A stretch of DNA of 63,670 nt, counting the filler, from Thraustochytrium aureum (Eukaryota), in the NCBI GenBank assembly GCA_012862495.1. It is 5 parts of one record of this genome, joined end to end, with 100 filler letters (N's around TTAATTAATTAA, not from the genome) between each part and the next. Parts side by side here need not be neighbours in the genome. Positions count along the whole stretch, not along the records: positions 1 to 16,222 come from BLSG01000122.1; 4 more parts are not named here. The stretch is one strand, 5' to 3'. Positions within the stretch are counted from its first letter, which is position 1. Each line of letters begins with the position of its first letter. A program made the position numbers and the translations under genes. Below the pieces are notes generated by a model, which ran no database searches, was not told the origin of the DNA, and was given only the letters and a program-made list of their open reading frames with translations. Of the stretch, positions 1 through 11,932 are shown in pieces.

Positions 1-324
1 GGGTGGACTAGGGTAGCCTAGGTTTAGTTAGGTTAGCGCGGCGGAGCGGTTGTTCGTCAACGAACGATGCAGACACAGCGGGCTGTCGAGCAGACCTCGG
101 TCGGCGTGCTTGCTTGCTTGCGTGGCAGCGGCAGCGGAAAGGAACGAGCTCAGGACTCTGGGCGGCGTCCAGAAAGGACTTTGAAGCGGGGCCCAGGACG
201 CAATCCAGGAAGGAGGTGTTGTTGCTGCGAAGAGACGGCGTGGCGACCAGCAGGCTCGCGCTGGTTTTCTTTTGGTGTTGGTTTTTTTGGCTTGTCGGCC
301 AACTGACGCGCCGTGGTGCTGGAG

Positions 325-1398
325 ATGAAGCTGTATCGAGTCAAGTATAACTTTAGGGCGGAGGATGAAGGGGAGCTGACGGTGCGCAAAGGCGATCTGC
401 TGCGGGTATCGAGCTCTGCGGACGAGGACGTGTCCAAGGATGGGTGGACGCTCGTGGAGACGCTCTCGCCTCCGCTCGCGAAAGGCTATGTGCCTACAAG
501 TACGTTGCACTGGGACGGCTGCAAGAGGCCGGATTTGCTTGTGATGGCTGGTTTGTCGAACGTGGCCGGCCCTGCGCGTGATGGCTGGTTCGTCGAAGAC
601 TGACACGGGGCTCGTCGCTGCTGGCGCACAGATTACATCTCCAAAGCAGATACGCCCTCGGCAAGATCGCAAGCCTCCGCCTCCTCGCCGATGCACTCGC
701 CTGTAGGTTCGCATTTCGGCAACAGTAGACCGCGAACCGCAGGGAGCGGCGCAGGCTCTGAAATAAGCTCGGTGCGGCGAAAGCAACTTGGTGGTCCGCA
801 GACCACCTCCTCGTCGTCGAGCACTGGCGAGAAATCCCCAACAAAGGCCTCGCGGCTGGCGCCCATACGGAGGCTCTCCGACCCGCGGCTCCCGCAGCAT
901 CTCCTCGAGACTCTCGAGACAAGCGACGTTGCTGCCCCTTCGCCCCTCGAATCCAGTGCGACAATGCCTGCCCCGCCGCCGTTGGAGTCGACCACATCCG
1001 CTGCTGCAGCCCAGGGCAGCCGAAGTTTCGCTGGGCCTGGGTTTAGCGGGCCTGGGTTTGCCGCCGCAGGCTTTGCACCCAGTGATTTCGCAGACAGCCG
1101 CGTCAACCAGCTCCATGGCGGGATGGGGGCGCATGTGGACCTGAACAAGCTTTTTGCGGCACATGATAATTGGCTGGAGACTATTTTGGGTGAGCGCGAG
1201 CGCGAGTTTCAAGCCCTTGAGGCCGGGATGCAATCGATCGGCAAGTCCCTTGTTGCCGCCCGGGAGAAGAGCCAGGACGTTGTGAGCAAGGTGATGAACT
1301 TGGAGGCTCAGGTCGAGAGCCAGCGGCACCAGCTCAAACTCCGCATCGACGAGGACAACGCGAGCATGAACAACAGGTTTGCGCAGTTGTACGCCTAA
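325..1398 (+). CDS. SH3-domain protein with C-terminal coiled coil (spliced; intron 500-631)
   Basis: YNFRAEDEGELTVRKGD...DGW...GYVP is an SH3 motif. Removing GTACGT(500)...CTGAC...CAG(631) restores the canonical GYVPTNYI and joins in frame to ORF 691-1398. A further upstream exon 67-99 (intron 100-324) is possible. Confidence 0.85.
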
Positions 1399-1663
1399 TT
1401 CTTTTAAGAAACGAACGCCCCAAGCGAGACCGGTTGCCTGGCTTTCTGCGCACAAACAGTCGCCTGCCTGCCCGCTCACGAACTCGCCTTGCAGGCGTCA
1501 AGTTGACTCGAGACGATCGATTTCATGCGAATTAATGTTGATGGAGAATTTTAGAATCTGACTGATGAAGACCAAGTCGGTCGCTTTGGCGCGCTCGACA
1601 GGCGGGCTGACGGGTCTTGCCAGCGAACCGTGAAAGATTGCGGGACAGGACGCGCCAGAGCGC

Positions 1664-3307
1664 CTAGGCTTCCTCTTCGGTCTCGGGGCCGACGGCCGCA
1701 GCGGCCAGAGCGGCGTCCGTGGCAGACACGACTTGTTCCTCCTCTTCGCTTTCAGAGCTAAGGTGGCCGTAAGTCGAGATCGCAGCGTTGATGTCCTGCG
1801 AGAAAATGATGTCCAAGAACCGCTGGTAGTCGAGCTCGTAGTCGGGGCGCTTGAAGAGGTAGGAAAGCAGGCGGATCTTGTCCGACCGCGCGTACTCGGG
1901 GTTGGCGCGCGTGAGCGAGTCCGCAAACTCGCGCAGCGTGATGAGGCCCGTCCCATCGATGTCGAAGGAGGAAAGCTTTTTGAGCAAAAGCTTGCGCCGC
2001 GAGATAAACTTTGCGCTAAAGCCCGTCATGATCTCCCGCAGGCGGACCTGCTCGGTCTCCTTGCTTTGCGCCACACGCAGCAGGCCTTGGTACTCTAGCA
2101 TGGTCTCAGTGGCGTGCTCCTCTTGCCGAAGGTTGCTTTCTTCGAGGAGCTTGCGCGGGTCGCGCGGGATGAGCTTCTTTTTGATCTGGCCGTCCTCCTT
2201 GACGTACTCGGTCGAGAAGAGGCTCTCGCAAAACTCGGTGTAGTCGATAAGGCCGTCGCCGTTCGAGTCAAACTTGAGCATCAGGAACGACTTGTCTTTG
2301 TCGTTGTTCAGGTAGATGTCATAGCGCCGGAGCATGAGAGAAAACTCCTCCCACGAAATGCGGCCGCTCGCGTCCTCGTCTATCTCCTGGAAACGCGTCA
2401 TGAGGTCGACGTCCTTGAGGGACTGGAGCTTTTCAAAGATCACCTCGGTGGCCGCCTCCACGCTGATGGCCTCATCGCGGTGCACCGCGTTGAGCGGCTT
2501 CTTTTTCTTCAGCGCGTTGGCAAACTCGTTGTAGTAAATGCGGCCGTCGCTGTCGCGGTCGTAGTGGCGCACGAGCGTCTGCATCTCATGCTCGGTGAGC
2601 TCCTCGGCGATGAGGCCAAAGTCGAGGGCCCAGGCTTTGNNNNNNNNNNNNNNNNNNNNNNNNNNNNNNNNNNNNNNNNNNNNNNNNNNNNNNNNNNNNN
2701 NNNNNNNNNNNNNNNNNNNNNNNNNNNNNNNNNNNNNNNNNNNNNNNNNNNNNNNNNNNNNNNNNNNNNNNNNNNNNNNNNNNNNNNNNNNNNNNNNNNN
2801 NNNNNNNNNNNNNNNNNNNNNNNNNNNNNNNNNNNNNNNNNNNNNNNNNNNNNNNNNNNNNNNNNNNNNNNNNNNNNNNNNNNNNNNNNNNNNNNNNNNN
2901 NNNNNNNNNNNNNNNNNNNNNNNNNNNNNNNNNNNNNNNNNNNNNNNNNNNNNNNNNNNNNNNNNNNNNNNNNNNNNNNNNNNNNNNNNNNNNNNNNNNN
3001 NNNNNNNNNNNNNNNNNNNNNNNNNNNNNNNNNNNNNNNNNGCAAACTTGCGCAGCTTTTCGTGCTCGGCAATGTGGTGCCACTCCTTGAGGAGCTCTTC
3101 GCGCTCTCGACGCACCTGGAGGCTTGACTTGATTCCGCCAAGGGTTGCAACGTCGCGCTCGACGCGGCCCGACCCGGTGAGCTGGAAGCGCTGCGCCTTG
3201 TGATGCGCGGCGTGGATCACTTGCCTCGGCTTGGCCCCCGGGAGCGAAGGGATGCACTCGGTGCTCATCGAGCGCTGGAGGCTTTTGGTGCGCTCCGATT
3301 CGCCCAT
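1664..3307 (-). CDS. Multi-EF-hand calcium-binding protein (internal gap 2640-3041)
   Basis: EF loops DRDSDGRIYYNEF, DEDASGRISWEEF, DSNGDGLIDYTEF, DIDGTGLITLREF. Probable start MGESERT at 3307. Confidence 0.85.
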   Translation of the reverse strand: MGESERTKSLQRSMSTECIPSLPGAKPRQVIHAAHHKAQRFQLTGSGRVERDVATLGGIKSSLQVRREREELLKEWHHIAEHEKLRKFXXXXXXXXXXXXXXXXXXXXXXXXXXXXXXXXXXXXXXXXXXXXXXXXXXXXXXXXXXXXXXXXXXXXXXXXXXXXXXXXXXXXXXXXXXXXXXXXXXXXXXXXXXXXXXXXXXXXXXXXXXXXXXXXXXXXXXXKAWALDFGLIAEELTEHEMQTLVRHYDRDSDGRIYYNEFANALKKKKPLNAVHRDEAISVEAATEVIFEKLQSLKDVDLMTRFQEIDEDASGRISWEEFSLMLRRYDIYLNNDKDKSFLMLKFDSNGDGLIDYTEFCESLFSTEYVKEDGQIKKKLIPRDPRKLLEESNLRQEEHATETMLEYQGLLRVAQSKETEQVRLREIMTGFSAKFISRRKLLLKKLSSFDIDGTGLITLREFADSLTRANPEYARSDKIRLLSYLFKRPDYELDYQRFLDIIFSQDINAAISTYGHLSSESEEEEQVVSATDAALAAAAVGPETEEEA

Positions 3308-4694
3308 TTTCTCGTCACGTCCCGGCGGTCTGGATTGCTCTTCCCCGCTCCCTGCTCTGTTCACGGAACCCCGTTGCGCTGACGCCCGCGCCCGCCCGCC
3401 TGCTCGCCCGCCTGCTCGCCCACCTGCTCGCCTGCCCTTGCACGCGCGGCCGACCGGGTATGCCCGCGGTGGATGGACACTGCCTGACGCTGCGCTTCTG
3501 GCCACTGTTTTGGACGCGACAGCCTGCATGCAGAGACGCTTGCACCGCCGCCGGACCAGCACACCTTGGACACGCCACTTCCAACGAACCCAACAACGGC
3601 TCCTACGCACTGCCGCTCTCACTACCTGGCGGTCGGCCCTCTTGCGCTGGGAGATCGAAGGAGGCGTCGCTCTCTATTCTGCCTCGCGGCTACGGGAGAG
3701 GCTTCGGGAGGGGCGAGCTCGTGATGGCAGCGCTAGTGGCAAGCAGAGCTCGCCCCCGATGGCGCCTCTTTTCGGTTTGTTGGTCTTGCTTTCTCGCCTT
3801 TTTTGTTCGCGCAACGGTACGTCCGGTCACCCGTCCGTCAATCATAGGGCGAGAGCGGCGGGCGAAGCAGGCTGGCAACGAGGCCGTCTTTCGGGCGGCA
3901 AGTATCGCTCACTTGGCAGAGGCGTGCGATCGGTGACCCTCTCCCTCGTCGCCTTGCGCGAAACCGCGACCAGGCGCAACGCAAGCAGGCAGCCTGTGAT
4001 GCCTCTCACTACTAGAGAGGAGCTGGAGGAAGGGAGACAACATCAAGAANNNNNNNNNNNNNNNNNNNNNNNNNNNNNNNNNNNNNNNNNNNNNNNNNNN
4101 NNNNNNNNNNNNNNNNNNNNNNNNNNNNNNNNNNNNNNNNNNNNNNNNNNNNNNNNNNNNNNNNNNNNNNNNNNNNNNNNNNNNNNNNNNNNNNNNNNNN
4201 NNNNNNNNNNNNNNNNNNNNNNNNNNNNNNNNNNNNNNNNNNNNNNNNNNNNNNNNNNNNNNNNNNNNNNNNNNNNNNNNNNNNNNNNNNNNNNNNNNNN
4301 NNNNNNNNNNNNNNNNNNNNNNNNNNNNNNNNNNNNNNNNNNNNNNNNNNNNNNNTTGTCGAAGAATCTTTCAAACAAGCTGTCTGGCGCCTGGGCGGCG
4401 TCGGCCTGCTCGACCGCCGAGCGCAGTTGTGCTGGCCGCTCAACGGCCAAAGAAACGGATCTAGCGGACAGGTTCCGTTGGGGAAGGACACAGAGCCTGT
4501 TCGCGCTCGACAGAGGCCGCGCATGGAGGTCCGTTGTGCGGGCGGTCGCTGGAGATGTCGCTGGCGTTGGTACTTGTGTTTTCGCCGCCATGAGCGGAAG
4601 GTGCTGTTTGTAGGCTTCACGAGCTGCACCTGTAAGTACCCCAAGTCCAAGCCTTTCATGTCCCCCCCCCCCGACCAATCCGTGCGCAGCTCCT

Positions 4695-7600
4695 TTGCCC
4701 CGGAGGCGCCACAGAGACCGTACGATCGCCAACCCGGTGCGCCGTGCGTGCGTCGGCAAGCACGATGGTCAAACTGCGGGGCCCTGCCGCGGTTGGGGCC
4801 GCTGTGGCATCCATCCTTGCTGGCGAGGCGAAGGGTGCTTTAGAGACCGGCGCGCTTGCCTGTGCGACGGTCAGGTTCGAGCACGGTGCAATACCGGCGT
4901 CCGAGGCCTTTGTGGCAACGCTAGAGATTCGCGGCGACGCGCAGATTTTCGCTATCGCCCTGGAACCGCTAGCTGGGAAATCCACCTCGAGCCGGACGGC
5001 ACGGTCCTGCCCGGGACGCTGGCGGGCGACTTGATTGGCTTTAGCGTGCCGCCTGGCACGCTTCGCACGAATGAATCGTACACTGCCTCCGCCCGCTGGC
5101 GCGCACAAGACAACTCGAGCTGGGCAGCGTGCGATCCTGTTCTTGGGTTTCAGCCCGTCATTGCGCACGGACGCATCGTGCTGACCGGGGTCGAGCCAGA
5201 GGGCAAGTTGAGTGTTTTCGGCAAGGATACGATCGCCTTGCGCGGCGATGGTCTCTTTTTGGCCCCAGACGAAGACGTCCGAATCTACATACTCGGGCGA
5301 CACGGCGAGGACACTGGCCTTAACGAGCTCGAAGGTCGAACGACGGTGGACGATACGGGCCGCGTTGTGGTCACGTTCGTGACGCCGCCGTTCCCGCAGC
5401 CAATCGACTGGCTACTCCGGTGCCCCGACCGCGCCAAGCCTGAAAAGTCCGACGACTGCGCGCCGGATCTTGGCGCGAAAATACGGATCTCGCTCGATGG
5501 GGGCTACTCCGTTACGGATAACGAGTTAGACGTCACATTCGGCTACAAGCCACCACTTCGGATAGCGTTCATTTACTATGGGGTGACTGATGACTTTGGG
5601 TGGACGTATCAGATCAACTATGGTCGCAACTTGCTCAAGAAAACGTTTGGTGGGGCGGTCGACACGAGCAAGTACTACGAAAGCATTCCTGAGGGAGAGT
5701 TTGAGCCCTTGCAGCCCAACAAGGGCTCGACGTTCGCCGATGGCGTTGCGGTCCCAGAGCGCGTAACGGATTCGGACGGCACCGAGCGAGCTAATGCATA
5801 CTACCCCGCAATCAAGATCATGAAGGAGCTCTGTGACAGGACTTTGACTTGGTCGTCACAGGGAGCTTCGGGTTTCAATCGCAGACGAAAGACATATCTT
5901 CGGGTTACGAAGGGTGCAAGAAAGCGGGTGACGGGTCTGCAGTGGCGGCCGCTGAGCACAATACGTTTTTCCTCAACACTGGAGGGTTCTTGACCTCGCC
6001 GCGCGCGTCGACGGGCTTTTCGAAAATCTACCAGTTCCGGTACCTTACGGGGCTTGTTGCGGGTGAAGAGCTCCTTCGGCGGAAAGTGGAGGCGGAGGTG
6101 CTCGGGGTGTCGTTGTCGAAGGAGCTCTGCGTCGCCTACATCGCAGCGTTCCCGAACCCGCAGGTGCAGCGTGGCATAAACGCCTTTCTGCTCGGCTGCA
6201 AAGAGACCTTTCCTGAATGCAAGGTCAAGGTGGCCTGGTCTGGCACCTGGTTTCGCCCGGACACTGAAGCAGATCTGGCAAGGTTTATGTGGTCCGTTGG
6301 CGACTGCCCGGTCATCACGCAGCACAGCAACACCCCTGCGCCCCAGCGCGTTTATCGAGACCTTGGCGGCGTCGGAGTCGCGTACAACGCCGACATTCGC
6401 TCACTTGTGGGCGACTCGGTGCTGACATCGGCAATTTTGAACTGGGAGCCCGTCTTGACGCATTTTGTCAAGCAGGTCAGAGATAAGACCTGGAACCCCG
6501 ACGCGCGTGACCCCAACAAGGGGGGGAGCGTGCTTCTGCAGGAGCAGCTCTGGCTCGGCGCAGATGGTGGGGGCAGCAAGCTCGCGAGTTTCTTCAGCCC
6601 TCTGGTGCCGACGTACGTCCAAGACAACGTTTTGCGCAAGCTGAATGCTCTCGAGCGGCTGCAAGATGCTGATGCGTTCCACTCCATCTTCTGCGGCGAC
6701 CTCAAAGCGCGGTGGGTGTACAAGAGCGCGTCGGACGGGACGCGCGTCCAGGGTTGCGGAGGCCAGCCCGAGTGGACTCGCCTCGACCAGCCCAGGTCAT
6801 TGAACGTGCGGCATTTTCGAGACGCGGAAGGGAACCAGCTCAGCCCAGGCGCCGTGCCGACTGCGACAGACTGTTTGTTCGGACTTGATTTTCCTGGCCA
6901 AGCCTTCCTTTTTACTGCATTTCCCTCCCCGTTCAGCGAGGACCGCGTGTTCAGCAACTATCTCCTCGATGGCGTGGAGCTGTTCGAGCCGGGCGAAACT
7001 CCGTTTGGCGTTATCCACAGCGCCGCGTCGCACGGATGCTTTTCGTCGTACGGCGCTCTTGGCGACAGGTTCTTTGAGCCACCGGTGACCTACCCAGAGT
7101 GTGACGGGACGCAGTGGACTCTGCGGCGGGGAGAGTGCGACGCAGCGACAGGTCGCACGCCAGTCATGTACGAGTGGGTGGTTGACAACGCAACGGCCAA
7201 GCCTCGTTACTGCGGCAAGCACGCCAACGAAGCTGGCTACTTTATCCACGTGAGCGAACTGCCCGTCGTGGAGCAGAGCGCGAGCCCAGCTTGCGACTCT
7301 GTTCCTTGGGAGAGCGTCGAAGGCATCCTTGCGAACGTAGTCGCACTGATCGGAGCGGCGCTTTGCTGCGCGCTTGGGTGCATTGTGTATTGCATGCGCA
7401 AGCACGACGAGATGAAGCTCGCTCAGCCGCTCTTGATACTGACCATGGCGTTTGGAGGAATGGTGCTAAACCTGAGCGGCCTGGCGTTCCTTGGTCCGCT
7501 CAGCTCCCGAGCTTGCATGACGCGTCTTTGGATGTGGGGCTTGGCTTTTGATCTGATGTTTGCTGTGCTATGGGCCAAGCTGTACAGGATCAAGACGCTG

Positions 7601-8464
7601 TTTTTCCAGATCCACAAGCCGTCATCGAGTAGCGAGTCGGGCGCTGCACGAAGGCGACGAAACAACTTTCTGATGCGGGAAAAGCAATCCGACAAGGACA
7701 TGCTGGTCGTGGCAGGTATGATTACGAGCGTCGACGTCGTGTTTCTTTTGGCCTGGTCGATAATCGCGCCGCCGACGGTGGTCGCGGTTGAGCCGATTGC
7801 GGTCGACCTGCCTGCGCCTGCGCTAGGGGAGATCTACCGTTATCGGTGCGAGAGCGATGCGGAAGCGTTTTCGGCCGCGTCGACTACCTTTCGGACCTTG
7901 CTCGTGGTCAGTCTGTGCTACTTGGTATACGTCGGCAAGAAGATTCCTAGCTCGTACGTGGAGCACAAGTGGATCACGTTCTCCGTCTGTAAGTTGGCTC
8001 AGTGTCGAGCTTGGTTGCTTGAGAGTCTCGACCGGTGCTCGGTATTTTGCCAGGAAAACTGACGATCTGCTCGAGCAGATAACACCACTGCGCTCGCGAT
8101 CGTTCGCCTCGTCATGCGGCTGGGCTCGCCCACCGCTGCAATGGAAACCGTCGTCTTCTCGGTCGCCAACTTGCTCGGCTCGGTCTCGCTCCTGGCAGCT
8201 TTGGTGTTGCCACGCGCGCTGCTGACCAAGGGTTGGCTTGTCATAGTCGCGGGCCCATCATCTGTGTCTCCAGAGAGCGGCGCCAACTCAACCAAGCCAA
8301 CCGTGAAGACGGCGTTTTCGCGTGACCCAAACATAGCGAGCTCGCCGGTCCGGGATCTGGGCCTGTCGCGTAAGGCTGGTCGAGGCGACGCGCATGCTCT
8401 TGAAAAGGACTCGGAGTTGTGCTTCAACTCTGTCGTTGCTGGTTCAGAGCTCTATGACCAGTAG
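4695..8464 (+). CDS. Class C (GABA-B-like, 7tm_3) GPCR with extracellular Bmp/PnrA-type solute-binding domain; 5' end uncertain
   Basis: Bmp motifs RIAFIYYGVTDDFGWTYQ, VVTGSFGF, NAFLLG, VAWSGTWF, VITQHSN, LTSAILNW. 7TM with AQPLLI...C..RLWMWGLAFDLMF...WAKLYRI. 1-nt frameshift near 5838. Intron GTAAGT 7989-8078 restores FSVYNTT and joins ORF 8114-8464. Confidence 0.8.
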
Positions 8465-8739
8465 ACATTGCCAGATGTACTCTGCTCGAATAGAGAGCAC
8501 TTTCAGCCAGCCGACAATCCCCCGCGGTCTGTTGGCCGATTTGGCCTCTTCCAAGTAAGATTTTCTGATTTTGTCGATTGAGAAATAATTTCCAACGAGC
8601 CAGGAGGGTGAGCAATCCGAAGGGGTCTGAACGCACACTCTCTTCGAAAGCGCACGTCCCTTAGCTCGGCAGTGGCCCACACTGCTGAGCGTGCACCGCA
8701 TGATCCGTTCACCTCGCGTTCCGTTCACCTCATGCATGG

Positions 8740-9398
8740 TCAGGATCGCTCGGCCAGGTCCTCGCGTTCAAAGCTTGAGTGGATCTCATAATCCTTTGCT
8801 GGGCCGTTTACCCGCCAGTGCATTTTCCAGCGGTCCTCCGACACCAACTCCAGCTTGACCTTGTACAAGTCGTCCACGCACAGATGCTCGGCCTCGGAGC
8901 TACCTGTCACGCTCCGAGCGGCAACTTGTCAGTCGCGGAAGCGCCCGGTTGCCAGACTGCGGCCGCGCGACACGGGCGCGACTTACCTGTTCCATCAAGG
9001 TGAAGCGAGTGAAAAAACTTGAGGTGGTCGTCCTCGCTCCCGGGCTTGAAAAAGTAGACGAGGGCAGATCGATCGCCGGTAAAGCGGTACAGGTAATCCC
9101 TGTGAAACGGCATGCATTGGCCGTTGGGCAGTTCCAGCTCGCCTTGCTCCTCGTACAGCAATGCGCGGCCCTCAGCGAGCTCGCCCGTGGCCAAGCGCCC
9201 GGCCGTCGCCTCGTCGACCTTTGCATGGCCCGCCTCGTGGCCGCGCCTCAGTTCAGCAAACCCGGCCCGCGCCCCGGCCCTTACCGTCCCCATCACGGCG
9301 CCATCAGCGCTGCTCACGACCGTCCTGCTGAGTCGCCACTCGCCCCTCAGCACGTCAGCCAGCGACCGCGTCAACTTGAACCCTGACGTGGTCGCCAT
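8740..9398 (-). CDS. DUF6314-family protein (intron 8904-8986)
   Basis: GEWRLSR, LLYEEQGEL, RDYLY, FFH in exon 1. After splicing GTAAGT...CAG: HLCVDDLY...WRVNGPAKDYEI, stop at 8740. Confidence 0.75.
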
Positions 9399-9971
9399 CC
9401 GCCGACCCCCCTTCCAGATCCCACGAGCGACGCTAGATGAAACCCAAGAACGGCGCAGCTTCAAGCCGCTCCTGATACCCACAGCCAGAACGCGGCGCTC
9501 CACCAGTCCGCCTCTTTGCATGCGCGGTGCGCGCACGTCCTCGAGTGCCAACAGCAACGCAAGGCCCGCAGTCGCAGGATTGAGCCCGCGGTGGCGCCTG
9601 CTGCGTGCGAGCCGTTCTGTTCTAGTCCTGCCCCGCCGCGGTGAATCTACTCACGNNNNNNNNNNNNNNNNNNNNNNNNNNNNNNNNNNNNNNNNNNNNN
9701 NNNNNNNNNNNNNNNNNNNNNNNNNNNNNNNNNNNNNNNNNNNNNNNNNNNNNNNNNNNNNNNNNNNNNNNNNNNNNNNNNNNNNNNNNNNNNNNNNNNN
9801 NNNNNNNNNNNNNNNNNNNNNNNNNNNNNNNNNNNNNNNNNNNNNNNNNNNNNNNNGAGCCCGCGGTGGCGCCTGCGCTCCGGCCGCGCGGGCTCGTCTG
9901 CTGCGTGCGAGCCGTTCTGTTCTTGTCCTGCGATCTTCCTGCTTCGGTGTATTCGCGATGTGTTCGTTGCT

Positions 9972-10098
9972 CGTTGATTGGCTTCGGTTTGTTCGCGGCG
10001 TGCTCTTGTTCGTTGATTGGCTTCGGTGTGTCGCGGCGTGCTCGTTGTTCGTTGATTGGCTTCGGTGTGTTCGCGGTGTGCTCTTTGTTCGTTGCTTG
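9972..10098. repeat. ~39-bp imperfect tandem repeat x3 (CGTTGATTGGCTTCGGTGTGTTCGCGGCGTGCTC...)
   Basis: Units start near 9972, 10011 and 10050, with a partial fourth. Confidence 0.85.
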
Positions 10099-10367
10099 GA
10101 GTCGAGCGGTGGAGGAACTGGTGTAGCAGGACCCTGGTCAACGGATTGGTTTCGTTGTCGCCGGGTCGGCCTCGCGGCCGTCGACCAATGCGCGAGGCGG
10201 CGACGGCGCGCGGGGCTGCGAGAGCGGAGGCGAGGGTTTGCTGCAGGATTCTGGCGTGGCGAGGGTCCTGGAGGACTGACTGCAAGAAGACACGGCGCTG
10301 GTTTGAAGGGCTGCTGCGACGGCAAGGCCTTGCTGACGGCCTGCTACTCGCGGTTGGCGCGGGCGGC

Positions 10368-11600
10368 ATGAAGACGCTCGACGGCTGGTCGCTGGAGGGG
10401 AAGATGTGCGAGGAAATGATCAGGGCCGATGTGGAGGACGTCGCATGCGGGCGGCGAGGCTCCGCGGGCTGCCGACTCGGTGGAAAGGGGGCGCGAATGG
10501 GCCTGTCTGCGCTCAGCAGGATCAAGAAAAGGTCAGGGAAGCAGGTCGCGTACCTGGCTGGCGGCCTTGAGAAGGAAGGACCGCCTGGTATTCCAAACAA
10601 CCAGGCGATAGACAAGGCAGAGACAGAAAGGGCACACGAGCCGCTCGCTCTGGTCGCGCTGTTTCACATCATGTCGCTTGACGGAAGGAGAGCCCCAAAG
10701 CTACAACTGGACAGGCTCCTCGACGGGCTGTGCGGGACAACTGAGCACGCGCGCAAAATCAAGTGGTCAACGGAGAGCACGAACGGAAGGTTTCAGGTCG
10801 TCTGCATCTGGTTTGAAGCCGCCGACGAGGCTGGCAAGATCTGCGAGCGGTTCTCGAACAAGTGCATGGGCCGATTCCGTCGCATTCTGCACGGCGGAGA
10901 CCAGCTTTCGGTTCACTGCGTCTCGCAGAAGGAGGTTTTCGCGGGCTCGCCAGAGGATCCTTTTGCAGACATTGCCAGGAGGCACGGTGTGGCCGAGAGG
11001 CCTACGAGCGCCAGCGACACTCGCGGCTCAGGGAAAAGAGGAGAGCGGCGCTCGGCGGAGGCGTTTCGCCAGCTTGACTTGCCGGACACTCTGGATGCGC
11101 TTGGCGACAAGATTGTGGACGTGCAAGCCGCCTTTGAAAGGCGCTGCCGCAAGTCTGGGGCCAGCCCGCTGCTGAAGAGTGCCAGGGCTGTCGATGACGC
11201 GCTGAAAGACTTGGGTCTTGCCAGCGCAGCTTTCCGGGAAATATTTGTTTGTACCGAGGAAGGCGGCTCAATGGATATGCTGGGCTTTTGCCGGTTCTGC
11301 GCGTACTTGTTCTCGCTCGGCGGGCCCGGGGCCAACAAGGAGACCGAGCAGCTCGGCGCGTGTGGTGGACCGCGCGTCGTGGCAGCAGAGGAAGCGCGCA
11401 GGTACTTTGCGCGATTCAAGTTGTTTCCGGACGACAACTTCGTCGAGGCGAGCGACATCCCGCTCCTGCTGGGAAACCTTGGGATCTCGAAGGAGGGCAG
11501 CAACGGGGCTCGCGTGTACTTGAAGCGCCAGGACATAGACCGCGTGACGTGGCCGTTCTTCGCCACCTTGCTGGAGGACCTGGGCGTGAGCCTGGTGTGA
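10368..11600 (+). CDS. Hypothetical protein (possible degenerate EF-hand-like C-terminus)
   Basis: ~410-codon ORF from ATG 10368 with globular-looking composition, followed by an AT-rich 3' region. Confidence 0.6.
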   Translation: MKTLDGWSLEGKMCEEMIRADVEDVACGRRGSAGCRLGGKGARMGLSALSRIKKRSGKQVAYLAGGLEKEGPPGIPNNQAIDKAETERAHEPLALVALFHIMSLDGRRAPKLQLDRLLDGLCGTTEHARKIKWSTESTNGRFQVVCIWFEAADEAGKICERFSNKCMGRFRRILHGGDQLSVHCVSQKEVFAGSPEDPFADIARRHGVAERPTSASDTRGSGKRGERRSAEAFRQLDLPDTLDALGDKIVDVQAAFERRCRKSGASPLLKSARAVDDALKDLGLASAAFREIFVCTEEGGSMDMLGFCRFCAYLFSLGGPGANKETEQLGACGGPRVVAAEEARRYFARFKLFPDDNFVEASDIPLLLGNLGISKEGSNGARVYLKRQDIDRVTWPFFATLLEDLGVSLV

Positions 11601-11932
11601 GCTCCTGGGTGCCGCAAGAGCGCCAACGAAATAAAGGAGCCAAAATGGTTTTCGAATTGCGTTCCGCCAGCGAGTTGCACGGCCGCGCGGGGCCAGGGAT
11701 CTTGCGAGAGCGCCCCGACGCCGTGCTTGGAGCGCAAGCTAGGACATGGCGGACCGCCGCCACTTGCCAATGGAGATTTTTTCATAAAATTATAAATTTT
11801 TGAAAGAAAAAAGCAAAATTGGGTTCGGGCCTTGAAACGCGGCGGCTCGCGGCAAACCACGCAGCCAGTCTGCCTCGAGGCCCAAGCGATCGTCGCACGC
11901 ACGCGGCTGTCCACCACGTCGCCCCGCCGGCA

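Noticed and set aside
1..36. Telomere-like TTAGG/TAGGG motifs
   Set aside because: Short and irregular, with no perfect tandem array. Cannot be judged without upstream sequence.
28..1479. Long antisense and overlapping ORFs (e.g. 28-1479, 19306-21135, 21878-23038, 35154-37235)
   Set aside because: Shadow ORFs caused by high GC3 opposite real genes, or inflated by N-runs.
3759..4049. Signal-peptide-like MAPLFGLLVLLS as the GPCR start
   Set aside because: Separated from the receptor by a gap and frame ambiguities, so it cannot be linked.
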